A stretch of 49,722 nucleotides of DNA, filler included, from Catajapyx aquilonaris (taxonomy: Eukaryota), in the NCBI GenBank assembly GCA_000934665.2. It is 2 parts of 2 records of this genome, joined end to end, with 100 filler letters (N's around TTAATTAATTAA, not from the genome) between each part and the next. Parts side by side here need not be neighbours in the genome. Positions count along the whole stretch, not along the records: positions 1 to 29,284 come from KZ539511.1; 1 more part is not named here. One strand, 5' to 3'. The position numbers were made by a program, and so were the translations under genes. The notes under the pieces were generated by a model. That model searched no databases and was not told the origin of the DNA. It worked only from the letters and a program-made list of their open reading frames with translations. This document shows, piece by piece, positions 13,801 through 26,827 of the stretch. How positions within the stretch are numbered: position 1 is the first letter of the stretch; each line of letters starts with the position of its first letter.

Positions 13801-16800
13801 AACTCGTGCTGGGATAAGGATGGACAGAGTGCTGCTGCATTGGAGAAGGAAAAGGGGAGCTTATCCAATCCGGTTTCATCTTCCATTGCTCAAAACCGAA
13901 GCTGGGATATTCTCTTTCCGATAGTTACGAATGATTTTCAACTTTTTGTAGTTACACACTGCACGATATGTGACTATCAGCACACTGCAAATTTTTTTTC
14001 CTAATCTGCGATCACATTTTGCTCAACATTTTAAAGCAATGCTTAATAGCGGCTTAAGGGTAATGAGGTCGTAACTGACAAGCGGGGTTTGGAAATTTTG
14101 ATGACGTCCTGTCATGAGGCTGCATAACGAGGCTTGACTCGCCGTATAATGGAATCATCTAGGAGGCAGCAAATATTCCAAAGTTACATTCCGAAGGTAC
14201 AATTCCGAGACATCTTCATTAAATCTGGGCTGGTTGGTTGCATCTAAGCAGCAGTAGATAATCAAAGGGCGTATATTCACAATTAGCTGCGCCGCAGAAA
14301 TGCGCCGTAATGACTTGGCGCATCAATAACCTACCACGGGTTTGTCTCTTGGCATGTAATATTCATAAAGCCTGGATGGATTTCCGGGCACTTGAGAGAG
14401 GTATGGTTGACTGGGGCTGAATTGAGAATAAGAGACTGTCTTGAAATATTACAAGTATCTCTGGGTCTTCTTCGTCAGCCTGCAGATAACTTGTCATTGG
14501 TTTGGTTTAACTTAATTGTCCATTTTAGGCCCGGTTGTCAACTGAAATTAAGAAGGAAATCGCCGATTGCTTTTGTGTGTTCTGAACACGTCTGTCGCAG
14601 ATTTTTTGCAAAGCGGAACGATTTATCTACCAGCAGGTTTCCCTGCGCAACAATTCAGTTGGAACTCTGAAACTTGGATAGTTTACCTACTTCTTAGCAG
14701 TGCCGCAATTAATGAACCTTGCCCTTCCCTCCAAAAAGTGCAAAAGAACCCCGAAACTAGGTTGCCTACTTTTTTCTCTCTCTCTCCTTAAAAGCGAAAC
14801 CCTCCCATTTTGCTCATCGAACCTGACAAACGTGGCATTTACCTAATCGAATTCCTCCTCGCTTTCCGAGTGAATGAAGAAACACCTTAACTTATCTAGC
14901 TGCAAAGTTCCTTGTCAGAGCTATTAATTGGCCCCGCTTTTTTGCTCTCCCCCAAAAACTTTCCTCATCAAAAAAGTTAAGTCCGCTTCTTGTTACGCAT
15001 ACAAAATAGTAATGTTGAGGAGCTCTATAAGTCGCCTGCATAAGCAAAACGGGGGAGGGGTTGGAGGAACACAATCGGATTCATATTCTTCCCCGCATGG
15101 TTGGGGAGGGGTGGGGCATTTAGGTAATTTGTAGGGAAATGGAGCATCCCCAGCAGCACCAACTCCGTTTTGGTGCCATTTATCTCATTTCTCCTGAAGT
15201 GAGGCAGCGGCAAGGCGGAGACACACGGAGAAGGAGAAGCGGCCCCATCGACTTCCGCTTCAGTTCCATTCACTTTGGCTCCGGTCCTCCCAGACTAATT
15301 AGTTGATTTTCGGAGCTTATTCTGTCTCCGAAGCAACGAATTATTTAGGCCAGCTTGAGACCTAAGGCTCTTTGCCATTGCCTGCTGCTGGTGTCACCCG
15401 CTTTTGTAATAGAGGGGCTAGGATGTGTACTACCTTGACAGAGTCAAGTTACTCGCCTTGTTTATTGCCCAGAAGGCCTCGTTGCATTTTTACAGGTCGC
15501 AAAAAAAACCTCCAACATTGCATATTCTCTAGGCCTTAATGACACGTCCGGTACTGGCTGATAGTTACACAGCATTTTTAACCCTTTGCCTCAGTATGAA
15601 AGTTAAATTTTTGGACTAAAGCACAGTGTGTGCCTGCGGTTGACTTTCCCTTTGCGGGGAATGCAAGCGAACGTCTGCATCATTCATTTAAAACCTGTGA
15701 CCAAACCGTCCTGTCATGTAGGTTATACAGTGCAAAATATTTAGCGACTTTCATCGCGTAATTCTCCAGCATTTATGCCGAAAGTATTGCGCGACGTTTT
15801 CGTTTAGTTGAATTTTTATGATCACTCCGTTATTATAACAAAATACACCTGCATTTTAATACCGATCTTCCTGACAGAGTCCAGGTGTAACAAACGATGG
15901 ATTCAACCATGAACTAACGCTATTTATACAGAATCTGCTGTTAATGAAGCTACTGTACTTGAAATTATTCTAGAGAAATTCATACTACATGATAGTAATG
16001 TAATATTAAATATTAAATAATATAATTTATGATGTAGCCAATATTTCTGCATTAAAATTACAAAGCGTTCCTGCTACAGTAATAACCAAATAATAGGCCG
16101 GTTCCGGAACGGGTCTGGTTTCCTCAGTCCTGTGTAAATGAGCCCAATGGGTGTGCCTATATAACCTTCTATAGTTCTATAAGCAAAGTGTCACGTTAAG
16201 GACCCCAATATCTTTGTGTTCAGGTCTCAGACTGAGCAACCCAGCTTTGTGCTAATTCCTGGTCGGCATCAAGTTTCACATCAAGTAGAGCCGTTGACAT
16301 GCGCGTGGCGTTTTGGCAGCATCTTGGTTGGGGGGGAGGGGTGGACCAGAGAAGGGTAAGGCTTAATATGCCGCGGGATGCTGCTACAGCCTCACCTCGA
16401 ATCCGAAACCCCCTACAACAACTTCATTTGCGATGCACGTTGCAGTCGACTCACGTCTCGTCTTCATCCTCCTCGATGTGGGCGCCGACGCCTCGGAAAT
16501 TCCTTGGAATACACTTGCAATAAATAGGGGAACCCAAGAAGGGGGCGGGACGCTCCTATTTTTTTTGGTAGCCCCCCCCCCCCCCAAAAAAAAACCCAAC
16601 CACTATCACCATCTCAAGGCTCTAGAGTCTAGAGTTACGTATAGGTGATGCTTGGTCTGCAGCCTCAAGATGCTGGGTCTATACAACATCAGAAACCCCT
16701 ATCATTTAGGGCAGATTGCTGATTGGAATCAAGCTAATTGCACTAACAAGGTGATAAATGATGGCATGTGAAAGAAATAAAGTCTCCCCATTCGGGTTTT

Positions 16801-19800
16801 AAAAAACTGCGTTATTCCTTATGGACATTCATAATAATTTTTGGCATCGTAGAGTGCGGCTGGGAATTAATGGTGTCTGCTGATGGCGCCACGAGCTGAC
16901 GGGGCAAAAGAGCGAATCGAAATGATGAATTGCCAACAATACATCCATTGGTTCGATTCGCTCTTTTGCCTCCATCGGCTGGTGGAGCCACAAGTACGAC
17001 ACCATTAATGCCCAGCACGTTACAGGGGGACTTCGTAGCTCCAGGAGAAATATGACCATTATGAAATTCAGATATTTTTTTCCCTGAATTATGTCATACT
17101 TGCAAGAATCTAGTTGTCACCACCTGTGTACAGCCACGCATTTGAACTATTATGTTCATTTTAATTCCGGACACAAACCCAGCGTGTAATGTTGAATGCC
17201 CTCCACTTGGGAGTATAGTGTGCGTCAACTCGACGTCCGTATAAGTGTGCATATGTGTGATATCTGGCGTGAAACCCCGTTAATGGGGCGTAACTTTGGT
17301 TTTGAATAGAGGGTTGAAAGCGATATCGGGTAATCATGATTTAGCTTGCTTCGGCGGGGGGGACTCCAATTACGGCACTTGCATTTCATGCGGCAGGGAA
17401 AGTGTGTAGGATAGGGGTAGGAAATATATCGGGGGGGTGGTTTTTGTGTTTTTATCAGAGCCGCAAACGATGGACCATAAGCGATCGTTTGCGGGGGGCA
17501 GAACATCACTTGCCCGCCAATTTACAGGCGCCCCGGAGTACCAACTGGAAAATGGCACCCTGGAAAATTCGCAAACAAAAAAAAATTTATATGCCAATCG
17601 GCCTCCCCCCCTTTTTTTGTGTACACGCACAAATTACGCGCCTTTTTGTGCATCCCATTGTCAGCAAAACTTATAAAAAATGCATTGGGATCTGCCTGAC
17701 AATAGATCTATTGTGTGTGATTGATGGATAAATGATTACTTGACAGCTAATTCTTGTGGGTAATTAGGTCGGACCTGCTGCCATTTTGCACTGCCTGCTT
17801 TTAAAGGATGCATTGATTGGCTCCATTCTTATCGGGCAAAAACCTGGCAGCATCCGGAGCGGTCCAATCGCATATCACGGCTAGTCGTTATGATGAAATA
17901 CGTGTGTACGTTAGGCGACAATGTAATATTTTTATGTTGTCGTTGAAGCTGTCATTGCGGTGCAGTGATCCACTCACACGATTGAAATTTAGTGACAGGG
18001 AGCCAATCTCATTAATGATGTGTAAATTATTAGTAGTAGTATTTGGAATATTATAGGGTCATATGCATATCCAATAGGTCCCGTTGTATCATGTTGTGCG
18101 TTATATCTACTGGAACACTTAATTACTCCAGCTTTGTACTTAGATTTTACACAATGATTAGTAATGACTGCCTATAGATGCGATGTGTAATTACACCCCG
18201 TGTGCATACGTTGAAAATCCTGGCAATCGAGACAATATTGAATTTTCCTTGCGCGAATGAACAACATGCGAGGCAGTAAATTCATTCCCTTCCCCCTGCA
18301 ATCATTTATGGGGAAGCACAAGGAGCAAAGTCCGAAGCATCGGAAAAGGGGGGTGGAGCTGATTTATTGCTCGAAATAAATAGGTTTTCATCAGATCCTT
18401 CGGGCAAATTAACAATAATTAAGCGTGCCTGCGGACGTCGTAAATCACGTTTGATGGTGGGATGGCAGGAATTCAGCCTCATGTTGTTCACTTCACCTAG
18501 TCGACATTGCTTTTCTGATGTTTTATATAAAAAAAATTTCATCAGTATTCCTCCCTGCTGGTTCCGTCTTCTGTCGACACCAATTTCCCTCAGGGTAGCT
18601 GAGATATAGGTGTAAAGCATGTGAGGCAAGAATTTCGCAATATATTTCGAGATGAAAAGTGGAACTAACTTGGAAAGCTTTTTAATGCGACCTGATATGA
18701 AAGAGGGAATTTTGTTCGTACAAAAACACGCTTCAAGTTGAGTTTATTTAACTCTTTGCTTGATCGGGAATAAAGCTCCTTTTTATATTGTATATTATAA
18801 AGGTCACCTGAGATCAAAGGTAAAGTCAGTTCCTTTTTGTGTTGGCTTGAACGCTTCTTCCTCTTGTACAAAGCTTCTGACACACTCCCCGTTAGCACGA
18901 ACAAGTTGACGAACGGCTGATGGAGGCCTACTCAACTGAGCATAAGTGGATATTTTCGCCTGAAATTTTGTCGCAAATAGGTTTTTGGCCCCGGTGACAG
19001 CGGCAAAATTGAGCTGCCGTCAAAAATCGCTTCAGCTTATGGGAAGGGCAAAAAATAGTACAAACAGGCTTTGAGGAACAGCTTGGCGGTCAAGGCACTG
19101 AGTATGCAATATACAACTAGGTCATTTGCGAGTGAATAATTACACATGCAATAGCCCAAACTTAACCCTGCCTCTTCGAGTCATATTTGTTGCATTATAA
19201 TGCAACATATAAAGTTTTTCAAAATCCATAGGTATCACTTCGATTGAAATTCTTAACCATCAATATCACAGCTACTAAATACATATTCCTGTTACTTGAG
19301 AATTCAGTTCATGCATCAATTTTTTTAACTCACGGTAAATCTGGCATTGAGTACCCAAATCATATGAAGATACATTAATCAAGTGAAACTTTATGATTCA
19401 TAAAGATTTTGTCAAGTTGGGCTTCCAGGTCGCGCTTGCATCTCATTGTTGTAAAAGTGGAATGCCTGACGTTTGGATTGCATTTAGAGGTATAAGGTTA
19501 CAAGTAAAAACCGCAAATTATTGCTCGCAGACTCGTCCCGCACTTCCGATATGAGCCAGGAAGGTTTGAAAAATGGTCGGTCTGGCGCAGAGAGTGAGAT
19601 ATGCAATAAAATTTTTAAAAAAAGTTAGGCAACAATACATGGAGGGGTGGGTGGGGGTGGATTCATAAACGCGGATGGTACAGATTGCATCGATGCTGAT
19701 GGACAGCGGTTAACGGCGACATAAATCGAGGTCCCGGAATCACCGCTGCTTTATGACGCGTGTCTTGCGCAATTTGCCTTTAAATCATAGCCAGTCCCTG

Positions 19801-21374
19801 GGACATTAGCACGACGCCTGCATGAAAGTATTGGCGCCAACGAATTTTTCATGCGTGCCCGGTTTACGCCCACTCATGTAAGCCCAAACTAAAGACAGTT
19901 GCATATTCATATCCCCCACAGCGTTACATACCCGACGATTTATGATAATGCTGGAAAATGGCTCGGTGCTATATGTAGGGATGTGGTATAAAAATTGCTC
20001 TACTTTTCAGACCATGTTCTGTACATAGTTACTTCGCTCGTTGTGAACTATTTAGGACTTTTTCCACCATATCCTCTAAAGTTGGGTGTCATCTGGTTTA
20101 GTGGACATCTCTGCGGAACCACTAGTTTCTTACATCCTCCATCCTGAACACAAAATGAATCCTGAGATATTCCAATATTCACGTTTATTTCCAACCCTTC
20201 TTCCTGTCTATTTTTTCTTCTTCTTCTTCAAAAGATGGCAGATGGGACCCCCCCCCCCCTCTCCTCCTTGATAAAGCCTGCACATAAATCCCCAGCCACA
20301 CCTTGCCTGCCGACTTTTCCCGGAGACACGCAGCAGAAATGGAAATCATTCAAGTGAGAGGAAAGATTGAATCTATGAGGCGCCTCTAATCTGATGATTC
20401 CGGTTGGCTGCTTGCAATCTGTTGTTCTTCCGGTAGCCAAGTCATTTCTAGGTCAGGAAGCACATCGGCCCTGCCATCTTGTCCTTCTCTTGTGTCTGCT
20501 CGCTATTTCTTCCACACTGTTCCAGCCTATGATTTGGGTCGACAAAAGCTGGGAAGACCAAGACTCTTCTTTTTTATTTGCTTTAAGACCGAGCGAGACT
20601 CTCTCGAATTCCGTCACACCGGATATTTATTGTTGGACCTAGCCCAGAGAGGAATTCGGTAAACCCCCTTTTGTGACAAAAATGTGGGTTCTCATAGGCG
20701 CGACAAAGTAACGGAATTGCTTAATATTTCCTGCTGTAAGGTGAGCATCCGATTGTTGTCACCAGTCCTCTCTGAAAATAATGCATAATAATTATGCTGT
20801 ATACGAGTATCAAACGTGAGCATTTCATTATCTCTTTTCCTTTCAACACTTCTGGGAAGATATAGGCTCCAAGCCTGGGGGCGACACCATAAATAATGTC
20901 AATGTCAGCCGAAAAATAGTGATCATATAGTCAATACATCAGAACCACCTAGGATATCCAACGCCATTCCTTTTATTAAAACGGGACATGAAGTGTGCAA
21001 ACACCGGCTAAAGAGCAAAGCAAACAGAAGGGGGTGGGATAGAGGGGGGGCAGAAAAAAATGGTGTTGAATATCCGGCAGAATTATCAGAATCTACTGTG
21101 TCAAGTATTGGCTTACGCCTCGGAATAAATCAATACCATTTTTTATATATATGAAGGGCTTCATATTGAACCATGCGGTGTAACCAATTTTCATCCTAAA
21201 CAGTGTAATGCGTTGTAAAAAAGTGAAATTGATGCACCAACAATGAGGGCCCGTTGCGATAAAGCGATTACGAGCCGTGCAGCAGGTTAATTAATTAGAT
21301 TGCCACTTCTGATCCCTTATTCCTTCCTCTGCTTTGATAAGATTTTCAGGGGAGTTTCCCGCTTTGGAAGAGTG

Positions 21375-21377
<3 letters not shown>

Positions 21378-21436
<59 letters not shown>
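21378..21436. repeat. (CT)n microsatellite running into an assembly gap
   Basis: Pure CT dinucleotide run immediately before the N block. Confidence 0.95.
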
Positions 21437-21581
21437 NNNNNNNNNNNNNNNNNNNNNNNNNNNNNNNNNNNNNNNNNNNNNNNNNNNNNNNNNNNNNNNN
21501 NNNNNNNNNNNNNNNNNNNNNNNNNNNNNNNNNNNNNNNNNNNNNNNNNNNNNNNNNNNNNNNNNNNNNNNNNNNNNNNNN
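21437..21581. other. Assembly gap (145 N)
   Basis: Run of N between a (CT)n tract and a C run. Confidence 0.98.
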
Positions 21582-24361
21582 CCCCCCCTCCCATCCGCCC
21601 CCCCCCCACAGGAAAAAAAACTGGGATGCAAAAAAAATGTCACCCTCAAAACTACGAGTTCCATTATTTGCTTTTAAAAAGCTGGGATGTGGCGGTATCA
21701 CTTTAAGGGAAGTGGAATTTATACCTCTAACAAGCAGCCATTTCTCCTGTTGCTGAATTTTTATATACAAGTACATAATCCAACGGGGGAATCGTACAGT
21801 ATGGCACGTTAATAATGGTAACAGATGACAATTTTGCGTGACAAGCTGCTGTTGCAGGTTATGTAATCATGATATCTGATATATAATGAATTCCAGGGTG
21901 CCTCAAGTTAATCTTAATTAGAAGCACATGCATGTGACAGCAATGAATCAGTAAAACAGTGGGCTACTTCTTCAATTTGAAAATCCCCTCTTGATTTCTA
22001 TCACTTATTAATATTTGAACACCGCGAGACATGTATTCATATTTGTCACTAAACTGCCCATGAGATAAAGGTTTTTATGCTACGTAAGTGTGATGGTTTT
22101 AAAAATTAATAAATATCTTGCAAAATAAATTACAAAGCAACAATTCATCCAGCAATTTAAGCGTGTTTTTGGAGTGACAAACCATTAACTCCTTCCATTC
22201 CTGGCACAGTCAAAATTCCTGCTAAGTAGAGGCAATACTAACTTTACCTCCATTACAGGATTGGCAATTACACAAATAGTGTCGCAGAGTCATGGTTAGG
22301 ATTTGCGAATATCCATTACACAAGAGCAATGTATAATGCACCGTGGTAATTTCGCAAAGTAAGTGGGGTTTATTAAATTGAAAAACAATTTGTCAAGCTG
22401 CGGCCTTCACACCATTTTTTGGCCGTGGGACTTGTCAACTAGGTCAGCTTAGCCATGTTGTGCTATAAATTTTAAGAGAACACGGTGTTTTCTGGACCGT
22501 CCAGACACGGAGGAGCAGCCAAAAGGCTCCGGATCTTCCGGGTCTGTGAACGACGCAGGCCATATTTCCTAGTTACACCTGTAACTTCTGACGGGATGAT
22601 AAGTGTGCACAATCTCATCTCATCACGCTTCGCCTGGACTGCTGCGGGAACAAGCATATGTTTATACGAATAATACAAAAAAAAAAATGAGTGAGAGAGA
22701 GAGTGTGTTTGGATGGGGTGGGTTGGAAGGGAGTGTGAGAAATTATGAAATGCAAAAGCCGCAAGTGAAAGATGGGCTTCACACTCCGCAGAGAGGTTTG
22801 TGCCAGATTAAACTATTCATCCTTGTTAGATTACAGATCATACGCCGCACTATGTAGTGGAACACGCATGATGCTTTCGATGCGATGTAGGTTATTCTCT
22901 ATTCATCTTTCTGAGGATGAGACTTATGGGGTGATTTATTTGTTCTCTTCTATACACACGCATGTACTACCCTACAATCGCGACTAGAATGAGAAAAACG
23001 ATGCTGCAAGGGTCGAACTAATTGTTGAGTTAAGCAATTGATAACACTTTACATAATTATAATCACCTGTAGTCTACACTACCTCTCACTTATCAGGTAC
23101 TTATGCAGTGACCTACCTGTGTCACTATTGCTTTGAATCATCTCCTGTTTTCCAAATTGACCAAATTGGATGTCACTCTTCGGGATCATTTTGGTTATAT
23201 CTTAAAGGTACAGTACATACAATTACCCGAAACATTTTTGACATACACTCCAGCATCTCCACTATTTAGGAATTTGAGCGAGTTGTTGTTATACGCCAAC
23301 AGTTATTTTATGCTAATGTGGAACAACAAAGTTGCTTGGTCCAAGTTATAGGGTAAAAATAGTTGCTTATAATTGCGTTGAAGTGTTCCTTGCATCAATA
23401 TGTAATTTTGTGCTCATAATATGAACGTTAAAGCAATAAGCAGTTATTGACATTTTATACTATGTATGCGTTTCAAAGAAAAGAAAAATTGGTGCATTTT
23501 ACCTCTCACCTGTCATTTTTTTAAACTGCTGGATGCAGATAAATATGTTAAGTAAATTCCAGTAAAAATAATTGCGAGGTCGTGACCTTATCTACGATAA
23601 AAAACATAACTCTACTATGAAGTAATGAATGGAACTCGTGGCAGGCCATGGTATACTGTACGGAGCAAATGCTGTATAATGCGGTAAAATTATAAGTTAC
23701 TGTATTTTATTCACGCATTTTCTCCCAAAATGAACTTATTGTACGTAATCTCCTTATTTTGGTAACAAGTGTGTGCATGAGATGCCCCCACTCTGCAACT
23801 TTAATTCATTCATGTGGCCAACTCCTTATTGTCACTGTACGTATATATTTTCATCCAGTCTGCCAGGAAGTCGCAAATATTAATAGGCTGCCATAGAAGA
23901 ATACAACAATTGCAAAATTTTGTTCATGTGATGGGAAGCTATTTTACCACGTATTAAGACGCTGGTACTTATGTTTGAAAGATACCAAAATTTCGAATTA
24001 TGGCCTCCAAAATAGTGATTTCTTCTTAGCTCAAAAATTGCCATTTTAGCAATTTTTTACTAAATTATCCGTAAAATGAAACTTGCATTGCTCTGTTGAT
24101 ATTTCCGCAAGATTTGGAGAGTAGATTACAAAATTTGTCGATTCAAAAACCTTTTCTTCGCCAAACGCATGTTAATGCAGTCGCCTAATATAATTGACAA
24201 TAAAATTTAATATCTCAATATAAACGTGAGTGTAATCCCATTTTGGATTGATTGCCCAAGGTGTATCTGACAGATGCGATATACTTGGGCTCTATATTTT
24301 GAAATAAAAAAGGTTATCGCAACCAGCAAAATGTTTCACCTTCCTTTACAACAAATTGTCA

Positions 24362-24474
24362 TACACGGACAAATATAGTTACTCCAAGAAATTAGTACCT
24401 ATGCAATTGCTTGTTAGGAAATGTTTTCCTAACAAGCAATTGAATTTCTTGGAGTAACAATATTTGTCTGTGTA
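24362..24474. repeat. Near-perfect inverted repeat (fold-back MITE, TA|CAC...GTG|TA)
   Basis: Outer 32-nt arms (24362-24393 / 24443-24474, 2 mismatches), inner perfect 18-nt arms (24404-24421 / 24425-24442), 3-nt loop and a one-sided 10-nt bulge. Confidence 0.85.
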
Positions 24475-25497
24475 CTAAGAACTTGCTTTCTCGATATACA
24501 TCGGTACAGCATGGGATAGTTTTACTCGTACTGTATTAAATAATATATTATCCAATCATTTACTTACAGTTATAGAAAATTACAGTCCAGCGTTACCTTG
24601 TTCTATGTCTGCTCCATATAGAGTTGCCTTTCGCTCCATCTGTGAGTCACTCTCACAACTTTTACTACCCCGTAAAATCGAAATTACTTCAAATAAATAA
24701 GTTATGTTACACCTAATGTTATTTCTTGATTAGTGATTTATCCCTCTGCACTGTAATGGTATTCAGTTGTTTAGTATGTACTGTATCCTAAAAATAAATT
24801 CATTACGATAAGTAGACTTATGTTTCAGCCCAATGGTTGCGCCGCTGGTCTCTTTATTATTGATATTACTGCTTATAGACAAGTTCGTGATAATTATTAT
24901 GTTTGGAATTTGTTCGATAAATTAATAGGCCTAGTTCTGACCTTTAATCAGTCGTGAGGCAACATTCCCGCTGTAATAGGACTCGAAACAGAAAGCACTC
25001 AGCCTGTTTGCAAATGCCAATAACAATCACCGACTCTCATCGATAAGTAGACTATGTGATACTGTATCCGATGTTATTGTGACATAAACACTCTTATCAC
25101 GCATACTGTGATTGGATACGTTTCACCACAACCAATATCGTAATACATGGAATCAATAATATCTTTACAGGCGCCACTTGGAAATCGAAGAGAGATCAGG
25201 CCCTTCAATTTTGATATGCTTCTGAAAATATTCAATAATTCTGGTTTAATCACATAAATGGTTACAATATGCAATCGAGGCGTAAGTGATTCTCATAAAG
25301 TTAAGTAGACTACACTACTTTGATCACTTATTTGCTGTATCCGTCATGTTTATTTTATACTTTTAAATTTCTCTCTCAAATTAAACCTGCTTGTCTGAAC
25401 TGCCAGGGACTTGTGTGGATAGTGCAGGCTCTTTATTATTAAATCTTTCAACACACTCGGCGCCCACTTCCCGGTAACTTATCTATTTCCTCCTTAT

Positions 25498-25570
25498 CAG
25501 TGGCGTCGCTAGGCAGGTGCGGGGGGTGCGGACCGCACCGGGTGCCACCCTCAAAGGGGGTGACACCCAA
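25498..25570 (+). mobile_element. hAT-like MITE terminal fragment
   Basis: CAGTGGCGTCGCTAGG...GGGGTGCGGACCGCACCGGGTG...GGGGGTGACACC resembles the ends of widespread animal hAT MITEs; no partner end found. Confidence 0.5.
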
Positions 25571-25667
25571 GTGATGTGTGAAATATTTTGGAACCCTTGA
25601 GAGAATGTATGCTTTCTTTGCGGCTTCCACACATCGATGGAAACTACGGAAATAATTTAAAGGTGGA

Positions 25668-26315
25668 TGAGGTGTGATCAAAAAGTTCCTGTACTGTCGA
25701 TATACCGTGAAATCCAGTGGAGGTACGAACTTGTGACGTTAGGGGGCGCTAGGTACACCTTTCATCTATTAGTCTGAAAAATTTCGTCTTCATAGGGGCA
25801 CATGTTTCCGAGTTTCGGCAGTTTTCTTGACACCGTGTTGTTGTGCTTCTGCGATTTTTCGAAATCGCTTATGTTAGGGAGCAAAAGATTTGTGAATTTT
25901 TCTTCCAGCTCAACAAAACTTCGGATGCAACCAACCGAATGCTGAACAAGGCTTTTGATGAGCAAGTTGTAAGACAAGCAATAACATATATGAGTGGGTT
26001 AACAGCTTCGAAGGTGGCGCGTCAAGTTTGCAGCAAAATCAACTCAATGCTGATCCTTTTCTTTGACATTTTAGGAATTGTGCATATGGAGTTTCTCCCT
26101 CCTGGTAAAACTGTCAACGGCAAGTATTAGGGCCTACTGGGATGGTTTGAGACGATTTAGGCTCAAATGGCCGGAGATGTGGAAGAACATATACGTAGAC
26201 TGGTTGCTGCACCATGACAATGCCGCCTGCACACACCTCACGCGTAGTCAGGGACTTCCTGATAAAAAATAACATGACCACTGTTCCCCACCCTGCATAT
26301 TCGTTTGTCCTGGCC
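25668..26315 (+). mobile_element. Degenerate, internally deleted mariner transposon
   Basis: Mariner-type end GAGGTGTGATCAAAAAGTTCC near 25668. Frameshifted transposase motifs MLILFFDILGIVHMEFLPPGKTVNGKY, WLLHHDNA, AHTSRVVRDFLIKNNMTTVPHPAYS across ORFs 25843-26130, 26078-26272 and 26214-26465. Confidence 0.9.
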
Positions 26316-26317
26316 AA

Positions 26318-26440
26318 GGGGGTACTCACTTCGGTACTCCGGTGTACACCGGCAGTGGTACTCTTTGGTACTCCGGTGTACACCTGCAGTGGTACTCTTC
26401 GGTACTCCTTAGGTACTCCTTGGTACTCCCTGGTGCTCCC
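26318..26440. repeat. Short GGTACTC-based tandem repeat
   Basis: Repeated GGTACTC(C/T) units, including two copies of GGTACTCCGGTGTACACC(G/T)GCAGTGGTACTC; it truncates the mariner relic. Confidence 0.75.
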
Positions 26441-26514
26441 AGACAATAAACAAATATGCCTCTAACTTCGGGAGCTTTTCCCGCTCGTGACGGGCTCGTG
26501 AGGGGCTTAAAAAA

Positions 26515-26827
26515 TGGAGCCGGGGATCGAACCCGGGACCTTTCACATGCAAAGCGAACGCTCTACCACTTTATAACTGATATTAAGGAGGTTGGCCCAG
26601 CATTGCCTTTCAACCTCCAAGGATAGGGAAGGAAGGAAGCGGCTGTGGCCTATAATACGGAAGCGACCCCGGAATTATCCTAGAAAGACCGTGGAAAACC
26701 ACAGAAAACCACGGTCATGGTTGCCGGCCCCGGGATTCGAACCCAGGACCTCCCGATTAGCAGTCGGACGCCCTATCCACTATGCCAACCTGCTTCGGTA
26801 GACGCTCTACCACTGAGATACACCCCC
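26515..26827 (-). pseudogene. tRNA-Ala(TGC) pseudogene interrupted by a SINE
   Basis: Removing the insert and one TSD gives GGGGGTG TA TCTC AGTGGTA GAGC G TTCGC TTTGCAT GTGAA AGGTC CCGGG TTCGATC CCCGG CTCCA followed by TTTTTT. Anticodon and T arms are intact with a G3:U70-type end, but there is a D-stem substitution and a 3-nt deletion in the acceptor stem. Confidence 0.9.
26571..26801 (-). mobile_element. Full-length tRNA-derived SINE (231 bp)
   Basis: On the minus strand: A box TGGCATAGTGG, B box GGTTCGAATCC, body GTGGTTTTCTGTGGTTTTCC...TAGGCCACAGCCGCTTCCTTCC, 3' hairpin GGAGGTTG..CAACCTCC and a short AT tail. Flanked by a 13-bp TSD ACGCTCTACCACT (26558-26570, 26802-26814). Confidence 0.9.

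Noticed and set aside
21291..21776. ORFs with RE/SL dipeptide runs
   Set aside because: Artefacts of the (CT)n tract and the N gap.
1773..23351. Numerous 60-110 aa ORFs in the left half
   Set aside because: No recognisable domains or consistent exon chains, and many start at non-ATG codons; expected by chance.
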